64,000 nucleotides of DNA, from positions 216,752 to 280,751 of the forward strand of contig NMRA01000067.1 of NCBI GenBank assembly GCA_002633005.1, read 5' to 3'. Each line of letters starts with the position of its first letter. Positions within the stretch are counted from its first letter, which is position 1. The notes under the pieces are model-generated. The model had not been told where the DNA came from and did not search any database. It worked only from the letters and a program-made list of their open reading frames with translations. The position numbers and the translations under genes were made by a program. The stretch is from Phoronis australis. Lineage: Eukaryota; Animalia; Phoronida. Below are positions 24,063 through 37,729 of the stretch, piece after piece.

Positions 24063-27000
24063 GAGATGTGCAGTGCGCACTTCGACGTTTAGCGTTACTG
24101 TTCCGTCAGGTATCGGAATCCCGTCCAAATCGGAATATTCTGATTTGGGCCGTTCCCGTATCGGAACATACATTATGGTTGAATTTAAAACATTAAACTG
24201 AAACCAAATGTTTATAATTCGGTATTTTATCATGCAACCGAGACTTCGTTTCATAGTTTCAATAAAAATGTACTCACAACGTCGTGTTGCTATTAATAGC
24301 GACTATGTATAAAAACCAACAGGTAGAGTCTATACCCAACATCACATTTTTTAGTCATAGCACATAAGTTTGGTTTTTTGAGATGTAGAGAAATCTCGCT
24401 TTTTAAGAATTTTCTGCCATTATTTCCTTTTTTATGACCTATACTTCCATTTTGCAAAAGCAATGGTTGCCAAAGTACACATATTTGAATGCATTTTACT
24501 AGCATTTATAGAAAGCTGATAACAAATGAGTGATGCGCTTCGAAAGGACTATGATTAAAAATTTTAATGGTGCAACTTTAAAAATTCAGTTTTAAATTTG
24601 TATTCTTTGATTTGGTGTGACAAAAACGGCTTTTTTGAAGGTTTTCACTAAAGCCATTTTCGGCCAACTTTGGCATTCTGTAGCAGCCATACTGCACCTT
24701 TCCAAAAACTGAACTTAGATAATTTGTTCAGTCATTAGTAAAAACAAAAACAATTGCAGGCGTTCTGAAACACGTTGTACCAGACGTGCGCAGGCCTCGC
24801 TTGTGGGCCCATTGCACTGATCACCTGGAACTATTTTTTTTCTTTATTCATATATGGTTAGTCATGATTCCTAACCTGTTCATAATCTAAAATAAAAAAT
24901 CTTGCTTCTCTCGTATGAAGCATTACACGAACCCCACTTGGTCCTATTTTCCTCTCTCAGTTGCCTCAACCACCAATAGGGGGCTCTTGGAAAGCGTAAT
25001 TAACTTGCAAAAACACGACGTATCCTAGAGAAAATGCCGACACTACTAGTAATTACCATTCCCTGAAAACCACACTGACAATTATTGCTTATTACAAAAA
25101 AATCATGTACATAAATTATGACTAGCATACGTGCTTGCACAATCTACCACAGTGCTACGAAACTTTTCAGTATAGGTGTTGCTGTGTTAGAGGGTAAAAC
25201 TTGCTTCGATACATGGCGTCGCTGTTTATTTTCATGGAGACTGTGGACGCGACTAGAAGCCGAATCTGCCTTGCCCTTGTTTTCACTTATCCGCCTCAAG
25301 GTCAATAGAAAACAACTCGTGAAAGACAATTTTATTAATGAGAAACATTAGGTCAACAAAGTTCAACACAAATAACATACCGACTGACTGCCCCTACGGC
25401 GTAGGAAAGAGGGGGGGGGGGCGGGGACNCAAACAGGTGTTGTCCAAGGTGGGCACCAGGCTTCTGTTAAAAACTCTCTAAGCGAACAGGACGCAGCTTC
25501 TTTCTCCACATAATACCCCCCCATCAGTATTTACAAATAACAATTCTTACAAGTTTACAATTGAAAGGTATTTACTTCTATTTAAGATAAAGCGTTTTTA
25601 AATTAACCTGCTAATGGAAGAAAGACGAGAGTTACAATTTTTTATATATCGTTCAACCTAATGTCAACTGACTCACCGGGCAAAAGTCATCGGGTTCAGT
25701 TTTGTTACTGACCGCGCAAAACATTCAGAAAACAACTTGTTCTCATTTGAAAGAGGTAAGACTTTTTATGACATTTTAATGCAGAATTCTTGTTCAAATT
25801 TTCGTTCGAACGGTCTGTAAACTCTCATCATTTCCGAAATACACAGTTTTGCAAGACAATTTTCACAGACAGCAAGATTAAGTCTAGCTGCATGCTCAAA
25901 AAGTTACATAAAGCCACAAGGTGCTATATGGCGGTTATAGGGTCACAAAACAACCACTAAAATTAGCTGGAAGTGGTCTATGGATTATCTCCCCTGTCTA
26001 GCACAAAGCTATCAAATTTGAATAAATGCTATCTAATAATGCACAGTATACATTTGTTTCCAGCCATCAAAGGACAACTTCAATCTATTTTGTAAGTTAC
26101 TTATTATGGTTGCTGAAAACATACAATTTTCGAGACGGCTAATATATGACCAATTGCGGTCTAATGCTCCAGCGGCGAAACTAGGGGTCACTGAGTGCAC
26201 AAAATGTGGCAGTTAGTTTTTTCAGGTTATCTATCCAAGTACAAAAAATGAGGTTGTTTTGAATTTGTTCGTATTGACTGATGACTGATTTTTGAAAATC
26301 TGCTGGTTTTTATAAGGACTGTCTGGTAAATTTTCAATCTTTGAGCCAGGTTGACCGAGTCCACACTCAAAATGGCGGCGACCACGGGTTGCAGGATTTA
26401 GTTCCTAATATAAAATTTTCGATGAATTTGAATAGAGAAATTTTTATTTTTTTAAATAATGTAAAACATGAATTGTTATATGACTGGAAGGCCAGCTGGC
26501 GCGGGCCACTAATTGCTTTATACGAAGAGATCAAGCTAACATGTGTTGTAACGTTTTCATGTATTTTGCGCCGAATTAAACGGCCTATTGTCGCCGATTC
26601 CAGTTCGGGCCACACTCGACAGCGGCCGGTATCGAAAGGGCGCAGCGTTCACACATTCGGCTTCAAAAAGACACCAATGCAAAGCTCCTAGCATCAAAAG
26701 TTTTGTATCAAGCAGACCTGCTTTTAAATTATTTTTGCGACCCCAATCATCCGCATCCCGGGGATTCCCATACGGGCCCGTATTAGAATGTGTGTTGATT
26801 AATTGAACACAAAGTTTTAAAGGTAATGATTTTGATCAGTTTGAATATTTATTGACATGAAATGAACAATTTCTGTGTTTCCTTGAACTTCCACGTATTT
26901 TTTCACTAAAATACTTGGCCGATTCCAATGCGATGGAGACAGGGTGAAAGCCAAATTCCTTGTGTCGATGATGTCGTAACTTCGATTGGTGCGAGCGCCT

Positions 27001-27541
27001 TCTCAAATTTTTTTGGCGCTAAATGGGGGTACTAGAATGATACAATGGACCCTGATTTAGAGAGCCAGGTAATCACTGAATAACGGCTATTGGTATTTAG
27101 TGGACGAAACTAGTTCTCCAATCTCTTTCATAATTATCATGAAATGTTTCACATAGGTTAGTATTGATGGAAAAGTGCGCTGTAGCAGATCCCAACCAAT
27201 CTAGAGGGTCTGTGCAGGAGAGTCCGCTGTATGAATGTTAGCCCACCTTCTAATCCGTAATGCGTATGGTCCTCGAAGACACCGGACTAGGGACTAGCGA
27301 GCGGACCAAAGTTAGTCCACAATGCGAAAGATATGATCCGCAGTTTTCTCGACCCTCTCAAATTGCTTGGCCACGCGAGTGCAGAGTTCCTTCCCGTCAT
27401 TTCACGCACTCTCGACGTTGTTGCTCCCTTTTTACTGTCACTGTACAATTTTAGATATGTCTCAAAGTAAATAACAAGAATAGAAGTGACAGTATAACTG
27501 GTCAGATATAGTGCCCCGTGATTCTCAGAGAACCAGTTCCA

Positions 27542-27795
27542 CATGCGCGCACCCGGGGGGGGTGCTCGGGGGCTCGAACGAGCCCCCATTTGGCGAGGTG
27601 GGCAAAAAGGTCCGCCCCAGAGAAAAAAAAACACGGAAAAAGTAAGAAACGAGACAAAAATCCACTAAACAGGCACGAACTACCAAAATTCGGCGAGTGC
27701 ACAATTCGCAGCTCTGAACGTACCCCGTGAATTTTAGTAAAAGGTCCACATTCTCAAAAATTCAAGCCCCCATTTTTAGGCTGGGTGCGCGCATG
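27542..27795. mobile_element. MITE with CATGCGCGCACCC termini (second copy)
   Basis: Similar to 7741-7970; absent from the paralogous flank at about 55765 (empty site). Confidence 0.8.
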
Positions 27796-30700
27796 GTTTC
27801 TTTCACCGAATAACGCACACATATTCAGTGATTACTTAGTTCTCTAAAAAAACAGGGACCACTGTATCCGTCAAGTGCCCTGATGGCAGTGTATGGGGCG
27901 AACCGGTGTTCCAGCGTATATTGTAAGTTGAAGCTTTACAGTTAGGATAGTGTAAGGTATGTGGGAAAGGTGACACTTATTTGTGACCGCAGATTATCAC
28001 CCTGATCTGAAGTATGCTCCGATTGCAATCGTCCGGACTGAATATAACGTGAAAACAGCTTATGGTAATGCATTGTTAAAGTGTACACAACATGACTCTA
28101 GTAGCTCAAAATAAATTTTATTATTATATCTTACTTGATTTCAGTGCCTTTAGTGCACAGCTCATAAAGAAACACGTAAAAATTGAAAAAAAAAATAATT
28201 ATGTACAACGTCATGGGTTGAACCCAAGTCGTTCAGCACACTGTTCGGATCAGCAACTAAGTGTATAGAGTGAAGTGAAAGTAAAGTATATTTAGCGTCG
28301 AGAAGGTTCGTAGAGGGATCAAAAGTTGCGCAGTAGTGGCATCGTTTCAGGATCGTCTGTTGGATGACTGTGTTGACTTGCCGAGCCCGAGGCCGCTTCT
28401 CTCGCGGGAGGATCCAGTTCGTAAGGCCTCAAAGTAGAAAAGTACGCAGCTGAAAAAAATATCAAACTCGTTCTCGCTTTCGTGCAACCCCATTTCGTCA
28501 TCCTGGCCACCATTCTCGTACGTTTCTTCATAGTATTTATTCATTTCTTGCTCATAATCGTTGTCGCTTTCAAATTCCCTACTCTTCGCCGTTGTTCAAT
28601 GCTAGTCGCTGATCTCTTGTGCTCAACTCATGATGTCACATGGCGGGAAATGTGAAAATTGGCAAAATTGAAAGAGAAATCAAAATTTCGAGCCAATGAC
28701 ACAAAATAATCATAGATTTGACGTCATACATTTAGTCTGTGCCCATCGGTAATTCGAAATGTGCAAAAATCCATGGTGTATTAAGTTTGAATTTCTCCTA
28801 TTGTGTCGTGTCCTTGCATATCAACGAGATGCCCGACGAAGTTGAACGCCACAAAGAATTCATTTTCAAAGGCCACAATGCGAACTGATTTCGTGTCTCG
28901 GCGTTTCCTTTGAACTGATGTTACCGTTTCGCCTCGCCAATTTGACAAAGCGATGTGTTTTCCAAACCCGGGAACAATAAAAAAATTCGCTTGAGCTGGT
29001 GATGACTTCTTGGTCCATCAATTTCATTAACAAGCTCGCAATGCGTTACGATGAACTCGGACTAAGCTGTCCTACTCACGATCTGTGGACTAGGTGCGCG
29101 AGTTTAGCCCGGAGTTTCATGGCGCGGACTAAAATCGCGAATATCTTGATACGCAAAATCGCGATCACGGTGTGGAAAATTTCATGGTTATCGAACAACA
29201 GAAATTCCGTTTCACGGTTCAAGAAAAAGCTTTTCAACCCCTTACTGTATATTCGATCCTCGCCTGTCAATCACTTTAATGGAGGCCACTTTGATTATAC
29301 ACTACTCCATTAATTTGCTATTTTACAATTGTTTATGCTACCTTAAACTTTGCCACAAGCTTTGTCAAAGGTTCTCTATACGATATTTGTAAAGTCTCTA
29401 GTGTAGAAATTGGATATCAAATGTTGGCTCGACCAGATCCGCGGTTTTATGAACCTTTCTTAATAGGAATAGTATGAAGTAACGGCTAAGAAAACCTGCT
29501 GACTTTGCACAATTGTAATCTGATGTTGTCTTCAGTAAGGAAAAGTGACACTGATGGCATCGGATGCAAACGATGTAAGCGATGTAGTTTGCAGATCGTC
29601 ACCCTCCATTGCATCAACTGAATAGGATGCAACCAAGACACTATAATAGATTTCCATTATTACAACGACAGCACTAGCGTCAACTAAATAACGAGCATGC
29701 ACGCACGTTGTTAGAGTTTAAAACGACACGACGAAGATCGCCAGTCCTGCATTGGATCAAGTGCATAACGGGCAACCACGACACTACAATTTGCTAGGTT
29801 TCCGTTATTACAACCACAACGCCAATGACTACTAAATAATGGGCACGCACGTTCTTAAAGTAAAAAGGACACGATGAGACGTGCGTTCTTAATCGTGTAT
29901 CGTTCCAAGGGCCGGGTAACAACGATTAAGTGAGCGTCTTGTTCTACTTGATGCTCTGTCATTTTTAGACGATACAGCGAGACTTCTCTTTGCCACGCTT
30001 TATCATTTTAAGTTTTTCAACATTAAGAGCCATTCCACGGGAAAACCAAAGGAAACCAAAAAGTCACTCTAGGGGTCATCATTCAGATTCATTTTAAACT
30101 TTGCGTGTGTGATCGTGGTGTGGCACTGATATAAAAATCATCAATTTTGCACCCGTTGACCTCTTAATTTTATACCTATATGCCTTCAAAGGTTCACGAA
30201 GAAAATAACACGTTTTTGCAAACCGAAAACAGCAGTTTTCCAATATAAAAAACAGGTAGCAGCAAGNGGTTTCCAATATGCTAAAACTGTCACTGATGGG
30301 GCAGCACGTTAGAATCATTCGAAAGCATGCATGTAAATAACATTTAATTTTTGGCGAAATTTTAAGTAAGGAGAGGGAAGCAAAAATCACGCTAGAGTCC
30401 AGAAGGCAAAGAACCTTTCGATATCACTCAGTCATCCCCAGGGACAATAGCAGACAAAAACACAATATCGTAACAGAATGTTAGATTAATATCGAAACGT
30501 AGTTTTCAAACATGTATGTGCTATTGTTTTCTCGATGGAAATGTTTTGGAAAATTTTCATGAAATTTCACCAAAGAACTATAGCTATAGACACTGCCATC
30601 AAGAGGCCTGCAGTAGTGAAAATTTAATCTAAAAATTGTCGTCGGCTGATTTGACCTCCATGGAAACTTACGAGATACAACTGCATACTTGCCGTTGTCA

Positions 30701-30994
30701 GACACTGTAAGCTACGAGATGGTATGTCCTTTTTATCGGCTGTAGCTTGAAAACAAACAAAAAACCCATTTTTATTATTTTTATTTTCTTAGAAATTACC
30801 ACAACCCCAGAGCACATAAAAATGGCCAAAAACAAATACACAAAAAGGGTACAGCTAGACTCACGGTTGTCACGCTGTATCATTCTAAGGGTTGCAACGT
30901 CAAGCTTGTGTCTCGTTGTACTCGCTATATCGCTCTTATACTTGAAAACGATACATTCAAAGAGACTAGCGTTTATCACGCTGTATCGTGTTAA

Positions 30995-32229
30995 AGGAGA
31001 ATGCCACCCCAAAACAACCTATTTTGCATCAATTTCGATCGAGTAGTTCCACTCGATAACATCAAGTTCAGTTCTTTTACCTGACAACTGACCGCAACGG
31101 TGTTGAAATTAACCAATGACGTCACAGCAGTTCACAACACGCTTACTGGTGTCAGTTTATCGTTTGAATTAATTGTTTTACACCAATAAATCATCAAAAT
31201 AGTTCGATGTAAAATCCTTGCAAACATCGAGTTCCTTAACAAACGTGTTGTATTATTTCGCTATTATGGATTCAGGTATTTGAACGTACCGTAGCCTACT
31301 AAGTTCGGTAGGGCAATTTACCAAGGTCGGTCGCGGGAGTTTGGAGTCTGTTCGGTGATAAATTCGAATTATTCTTCCGTGAAATACATACAGGAGAGCA
31401 TATCTATGTGTTGTAATTTTAGCCTTATGATTTTTTCAGTTCTAAACACACTAAACGCTTGTTATCCCGGCCAGTGGCTTGGAATTCGATCAGGCTCAAA
31501 GGCCTGGGCGACGTCACTCCGTCGGCTTAATTTCACCCCCTCCGGCTTCTGTCGCTTATATAATTCATCGGGCCTGTCGCCGCCAAAATTAATGATACCT
31601 CATTAAAAATGTTTACTCTTCCTTGAGTGAACTAAATTATTTACCCAGGTGTTGGAAAATTGGCGTTCTTCAGTTATTGTGCTGCTAAAATTGCAATGCG
31701 CTCTTTGGGGGCCATTGCGTCACCTATCGGGCCAATTTCCATGTTCTTCAATCAACCATGGAGGTTGCGTACATGTCATAACAATTGGAAGTGGTTTCAT
31801 TTCGTTACAAGTTTTTACTCTTTTAATACCAAAAAAAAAAAACAATTTCAGAAAATATGCTAGTGAGATATCGCAAAGTTTTGGAAAATGGCGCGTACGT
31901 GCGCGTGTCACGAGATTGCACTGTTTTCAAAACGACGGCACTAGGATTTTCTTTTGTTACAAAAGGCGGAGAATTACGAAAAATAACGTTTATTAGATTT
32001 TGTTTACTTCTATAAACGGCTGTGACGGGCACTGTGAATGTCGATTCATTCCCAGATTCTGCATGCACCCATGCAGGTTGTTAGCGTAAAGTTTCACGAC
32101 GAGGTGAGAAGCTGAGCACCCGGGTTGTGTGAAATTTCGGTGTCTAACGGAGCTCTACACACAGCTACCTAGCTCGTCTGCGGCTGTATGTTGACGATAG
32201 TCTTCATACAGCTATCTGGCTTTCTACCT
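30995..32229 (+). mobile_element. Kolobok-like non-autonomous DNA transposon
   Basis: TTAA|AGGAGAATGCCACCC left end shared with the 37493 element; the right end is degenerate (ctggctttctacct). Confidence 0.6.
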
Positions 32230-33323
32230 TAGTATGTACATTCATGATACAACTTTTGTAAATGCATCCAGGGGCGGATCCAGGATTTTGAGTTGATGGG
32301 GCATGGCAAATAGAGTATTAGCCAGAATTTTGCCCTTCAGACATTCGCACCCCCGAACTGCCAAATGGAAGCTGGGAGAACTTTATGGGGGGAGGGGCGT
32401 GGCCCCCTTGGCCACCCTCTGACATCTATATACTTTGTGTACTATACAATATTTTAAATGCATTCTTAGTTTTCACTTTAAACTGAAGAATATCTGATTA
32501 CTGTACTTTGTGTTACGGTAGGGTCAAATGTTCTGGAAGAAATTTGTACTGCTTAGAGGAAGAATCCCACAGCCGCACACCCTTAATTGCCTACTAAAAT
32601 CTAACAGGTGACAGAAATTTTGCTTGAAGCTTTGAACACGGTCTCTTCAAGAAGTATTCCTGTCTCTTGCGATGAATGACTCGATCGGTTCACTCTTAGG
32701 TGTAGCTATTTCCCCTCGGCGTTTCCCACTGCTGAGCTGCTACCCATGCAAAAGCACGGTACCTAACGGCTATCTATTATATAAAATGCATCCGTTTGCT
32801 CAAACTCCGTCTCCCCCGCTCCACTACAGCTCTTCGTTGCGCCCGTTTCGGCACCGCCTTGGTCCCAGGTATTGCACCGGCCCCCTGTTTGGATTCGAGG
32901 TGTTCTATTTTTTTCTCGCGGGCCGCTTTTTCGCGGACGCAGAGGGAGGGTGGCCAGTTTCGTACTGGCCTTGGTGACGTCAGTCGGTCGGCTCAACTCG
33001 CTGGTTCCCTGGGTGCTTAGCCCAGCCAGCACGCAGGTATCACGCAGTGGCACGAGCTTTAGCATTGGTCGATGTATCCTCGGCAATCATTGGTTAGCTT
33101 TGCAACACAGTGAAAAAATGTTGGACTGTGAAAAATTTTTAGCCTCGTCATGCACGTGGCGTCGCAGCAACTATTTCGTTTCTGCAGTGATGTTTAATAG
33201 CCGCGTGCTTGAAGCACATACATATACAATAATCACATATCTGACCGATTTAACCGGTGTGTCATTCATGTTTTATGAATACAGGACAGTATCGTAAACA
33301 AAAGTCATCGTCAGCAGAAAGAT

Positions 33324-36300
33324 TTCACTGTGATATATATTTATTGAAGGATACACAGAACATACAAAGAAATAATAACAAACCCAGAAACCGCGAAGCA
33401 TTATATCTGGGTTGTAAACAATTCATAAATGAAACTTATATACATAGAGATATATACAATTAAGTAGTATCTAAAATAAGTATTCCAATACTTAGACATG
33501 CTATTACAGATATATAAAAACAAAAATATTTACAGATTCATGTAGGGAAATCAGATGCAACAATATTGATAAACGGTATATAAAAATTTGCTAACGTTGC
33601 TTAGGAGGAATTCGTTAAGAACAAAGTCAAGGTTAGGACTACCATTCAGTAATAATGTAACTCTAGTAGGGATATTATTACAAGAATTGAGAGCGTTAAC
33701 AACTGATTGGTTATCATTGAGTGCACGAAAGAGTGAGTCTCTCAGGGATTCGATGAGGGGACATTTGAAGAAAATATGAGGATAAGATTGATGGTCACCA
33801 CATTTACAGTTTGGAGATACATTACTAAAGTTGTGCCTGAACTTGTCAGAGTTGAGGAAAAGGCCACATCTTGATCTGTACAATGCTATTTCGTTATCGC
33901 GGGTAAGGGAGAATTGAGTCAAGGGTGTTGAGTTATCAAAATTATGAAAAACAGTTCTAAAATTATTTTTTATACTCGTAAAAGAGTTGCTTTCCTTAAC
34001 AGAGACTGGAAGAGAATTCCAGTTGTTGATGCACATCATGACTGTAGACCTTCTGAATGCCTGACTGAACGACGGAGGAATTGCATATGGGGTGGAGAAT
34101 CTCAAATCACTACGATGGCCTTGTCTAATATATAGATCAAATATTTTTTTGACAGACACGTTGTTGACATTGTTTATTACCTTGAACGTAAATGTGGTCA
34201 TGTGAAGATTGCGTCGAGTAGACAGTTTGGGCCACTTGAGATTATTCAAAACCTTAACACTATTGGATCCCCTGTAAGCTCCAGTTATGAGTAAGGCGGC
34301 TTGATATTGTAACTTCTCCAAATGTTGGAGTGCACCCGTATTGGCAGACTGATATATAATATCACAATAATCAATGTGTGGAAGTACAAAGGACTTGAAC
34401 AAAACTTCTAAATGTGTAGAATTCAGATGACGAGAGACAAGCTTAAGTGGGTTAATTAGTTCCTGAGTTTTTTGTACGAGCTCCCGAACGTGAGGGGTGA
34501 ATGAGAGTTTTTCATCTAACAGTATACCCAGATGTCTGTGCGACTGTTTTCTAGGAATGATTTCATCATTAAGTTTAAGGTCATAAGACGGGTCAACAAG
34601 GAAGAGAGCATTAATAGATTTGGAGAAGGTAAGGTCAACGCTTTTTTCTGGTTTAAAATTCATTCTCCATTCTTGTGACCAATAGCTTAGTTTATTTAAG
34701 TCGTGTTGAAGCTGCAAAGAACATTCAGGGCTGCTCCCTGCGAAGGGGTAAAAAAGCGCCGTGTCATCTGCATAAAGGTATGTGCTACATGACAGGTTAT
34801 CAGGAAGGTCATTAATATAAACCAAGAAGAGAAGAGGGCCCAATACGCTACCCTGCGGTACACCTGCGTTTACAAATCCAGGATGGGATAAAATTGAAAG
34901 TACGCCATCGACACGAACACTGTATGTTCTTTCGGAGAGATATGAGGTGATCATGTTTAAAAGATTACCAGTAATGCCATAGGATCGAAGTTTGTGAAGT
35001 AGAAGGTCGTGAGGGACACAGTCGAAAGCAGAAGCTATATCTAGAAAAATGGACCTGACACTCTCTCCCTTCTCAAAATGTAAATGAATCTCATGTACTA
35101 TTTCAACAAGTTGTGCCACGGTGCTGTTCCCACGCAAAAAACCAAATTGACGATGATAGATCAAGTTGTTTTGTTTGAGAAATGTAAGAATACTTTGAGC
35201 AATGATCTTCTCAAAGATTTTGGACAGGGTGTTAAGTAATGTTATTGGGCGATAATTTGAAATTTCAGTTTTGGAGCCTTTTTTGTGTATGGGGACCATA
35301 ATTCCATGTTTCCAAGAAGACGGATAAATGCCTAGCTGAAGAAGTTTGTTAAACAGATTGGTCAGGGGCATGGTAATTTCGTTGGCAATCATTTTGATCA
35401 TCTTGCTGGTTATTAAAGCTGTGCCATCATTCTTATTGGGGTCAATTTCATTGAGATACTTCCGGACATCAGTTTGATTAGCCGGGATGTCAGACAGTTG
35501 ATTGAGACAACGTTCACGAAGAAAGGGAAAGTTACTTACTTCAGTTGGTGTAATGTGGCTTTTGTTCGTGAAAAATTTGAGAAACAAATCACACTTGTCA
35601 CTACTACGTGAGGCTAGGTTACCATTATAGTTGATGACAGGATAGGAGGATTGCTGTTGACTGCCGCGTATTTTATTGATGATGTTCCAGTATTCTTTGG
35701 AATTCTTGCTTGCGCTGTTAATTTGTTGAAAAAGCTTGTGTCGGTGATCAGCTTTGGCTTGATTTACTAAAGTTTCAACCAGACGTGACTGCTCCTTGTA
35801 TCTGTTGTAGATTATAGTGTTGTTAGATCTTCTGAAAGAGCTGTAAAGTCTGTTTCTTGTGCGGATTGCCCGTTTAACATTACTGTTGAACCACGGTTTG
35901 CTGTTGTGTTTAATTATCTTTTCAGTTGATGGGATGTTGTTTTTTAAGATTTCATAGAGAGTACTAGTGAAGAGTGAAACAGTGTCATCAATGTCGCCAG
36001 TGTTCAATATGGAATCCCAGTCAGTGTTGGTGATATCCTGACGCAGTTTATCGGTGTCGACCTGATCATATTTCCAGTTGGTTCGAGTGGTGTGTTGCTC
36101 TTTAACCGGTTTTTTAAGTGTTAGAGTGGTTTCGATAGTGTGGTGATCAGAATTGCCAACAGGAGGTAGTACAGAACATGAGTCAATGATACTCAAATTG
36201 TTTGTTATACACAGGTCAATACATGAATGAGAAACGTCGGTGATACGGGTTGGCTCATTAATTAGTTGTATGCAGTCATTAGACAATAAAATATCAAACA

Positions 36301-36723
36301 ATTGTAGTCCGGCCGTATTGTCATGATCATCATTGTACCATGTAGAGTTTCGGGCATTGAAATCACCATTTATGATTATACTAACGCTATTGCGGTTAAG
36401 TTCCGCTAACTGATCCGCTAGGGCTTTGAAGTAGAGTTTTCTTTCAGTTGGAGATTGAGAAGGTGAGCGATAAAACAACCCATAGTAAATTTTTCTGTGA
36501 TCGAAATAAATTTCGATCCAGCAGTTGCATAACTGAGGACAAGTTAAGCTAGGACATAATTTAAATGAGAGTGTGTTTTTAGTGAATAAAATGATACCAC
36601 GGCCACTGTTGCTGTGATACGAAACACTGTAACCAGGAATGATTAGTTCATTATCAAGGTCGTCTTTGGTAACATTACAAGTTTCACAAAGAGCGACAAT
36701 CATATAATCGTAAGACAGAACAA
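33324..36723 (-). mobile_element. 5'-truncated CR1/L2-group non-LTR retrotransposon
   Basis: TSD agcagaaagat at 33313-33323 and 36724-36734; minus-strand AATAAA near the 3' end (about 33340); the empty site is visible in the sister MITE at about 44365-44385. Confidence 0.92.
33551..36723 (-). CDS. LINE ORF2: APE endonuclease + reverse transcriptase + C-terminal Cys/His finger
   Basis: ALCET, YRSP, GDFNA, SDH (endonuclease); NYRPITLL, QFGF, FLDIASAFD, GVPQGSVLGPLLF, YADD (RT); CKCG...HIFFKCP. No stops over more than 1050 codons. The first in-element Met is at 36703. Confidence 0.95.
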
Positions 36724-37729
36724 AGCAGAAAGATGCATTCCGAAAAGTCACAATCACAATTTCTAGGCTTCAAATTTCCTGAACCGTTAAGCACCGATTT
36801 GTCTGTACAACCTAGGAACTGGTTCCTAGGTACAACAGACCACATTTAAAGTTCAGTTCATCAGTCATGCCAGTTTGTTTGCGTAAAGCGCTGCCTGTTG
36901 AGAATTCGACCAGCCAATCAGAAACGCCGGTGTAAAAAAAATTACCGAGGAAAATTAAGTGATACCTGCGTGCTGGCGCGGCTACCGCCCCACCTAGCGG
37001 CACGCAGGGAACCAGCGAGTCGGCTCAACGGCCTGAGTGACGTCACTCTATTGGCTTAATTTCACTCCCTCCGGCTTTTGTCGCGTACATAATTCATCGG
37101 GCCTGTCGCTGCCCAAATTAATGATGCCTCATTAAAAATTGTTTACTCTTCCTTGAGTAAACTAAATTATTTACCCGGGTATTGGAACATTGCCGTTCTT
37201 CAGTTATTCTGCTGCTAAAATTGCCATGCGCTCTTTGGACGCCATTGCGTCACCTATTGGCCAATTTCCATGTTCTTCAATCAACTTCGAGGTTACGTAC
37301 AGATCATAACAATCGAAAGTGGTTTCATTTCGTTACAAGTTTTTACTAGTTTAATACCAGAAAACCCAATTTCAGAACAAACTCTTGAGAGACATCGCAA
37401 AGTTTTAGGAAATGTCGCGTAGGCTTACGTGCGCGTGTCACGAGTATGCACCGTTTTCAAAACGACGACAGATTTTCCTTTGTTAACGTTAAAGGAGCAT
37501 GCCACCCAAAAAACAACCTAATTTTTATAAATTTAGATCGAGTAGTTCTACTCCATAACGACACGTAGGGTAGCGTTACCTGACACCTGATGGCAGACGG
37601 AGGTGTTGAAATTATACAATGACGTCATCGGTTTCAGCAGTTCTCAACACGGGTTGCTGGTGTCAGCTTGTCGCTTGAAGTCATCGTTTAACGCCAATAA
37701 ATCATCGAACTTCGATGTAAAACCCTTAA

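Larger units (their letters stand above)
32997..37019. mobile_element. 9-bp-TSD (Mutator-like) MITE, about 610 bp, split by a LINE
   Basis: TIR ctcgctggttccctg / cagggaaccagcgag; TSD tcggctcaa at 32988-32996 and 37020-37028; uninterrupted relatives at 44054-45218. Confidence 0.85.

Noticed and set aside
36724-36757. N-terminal 11 residues of the 1068-aa ORF as a true LINE start
   Set aside because: They lie in the TSD and host MITE, outside the element, and begin at a non-ATG codon.
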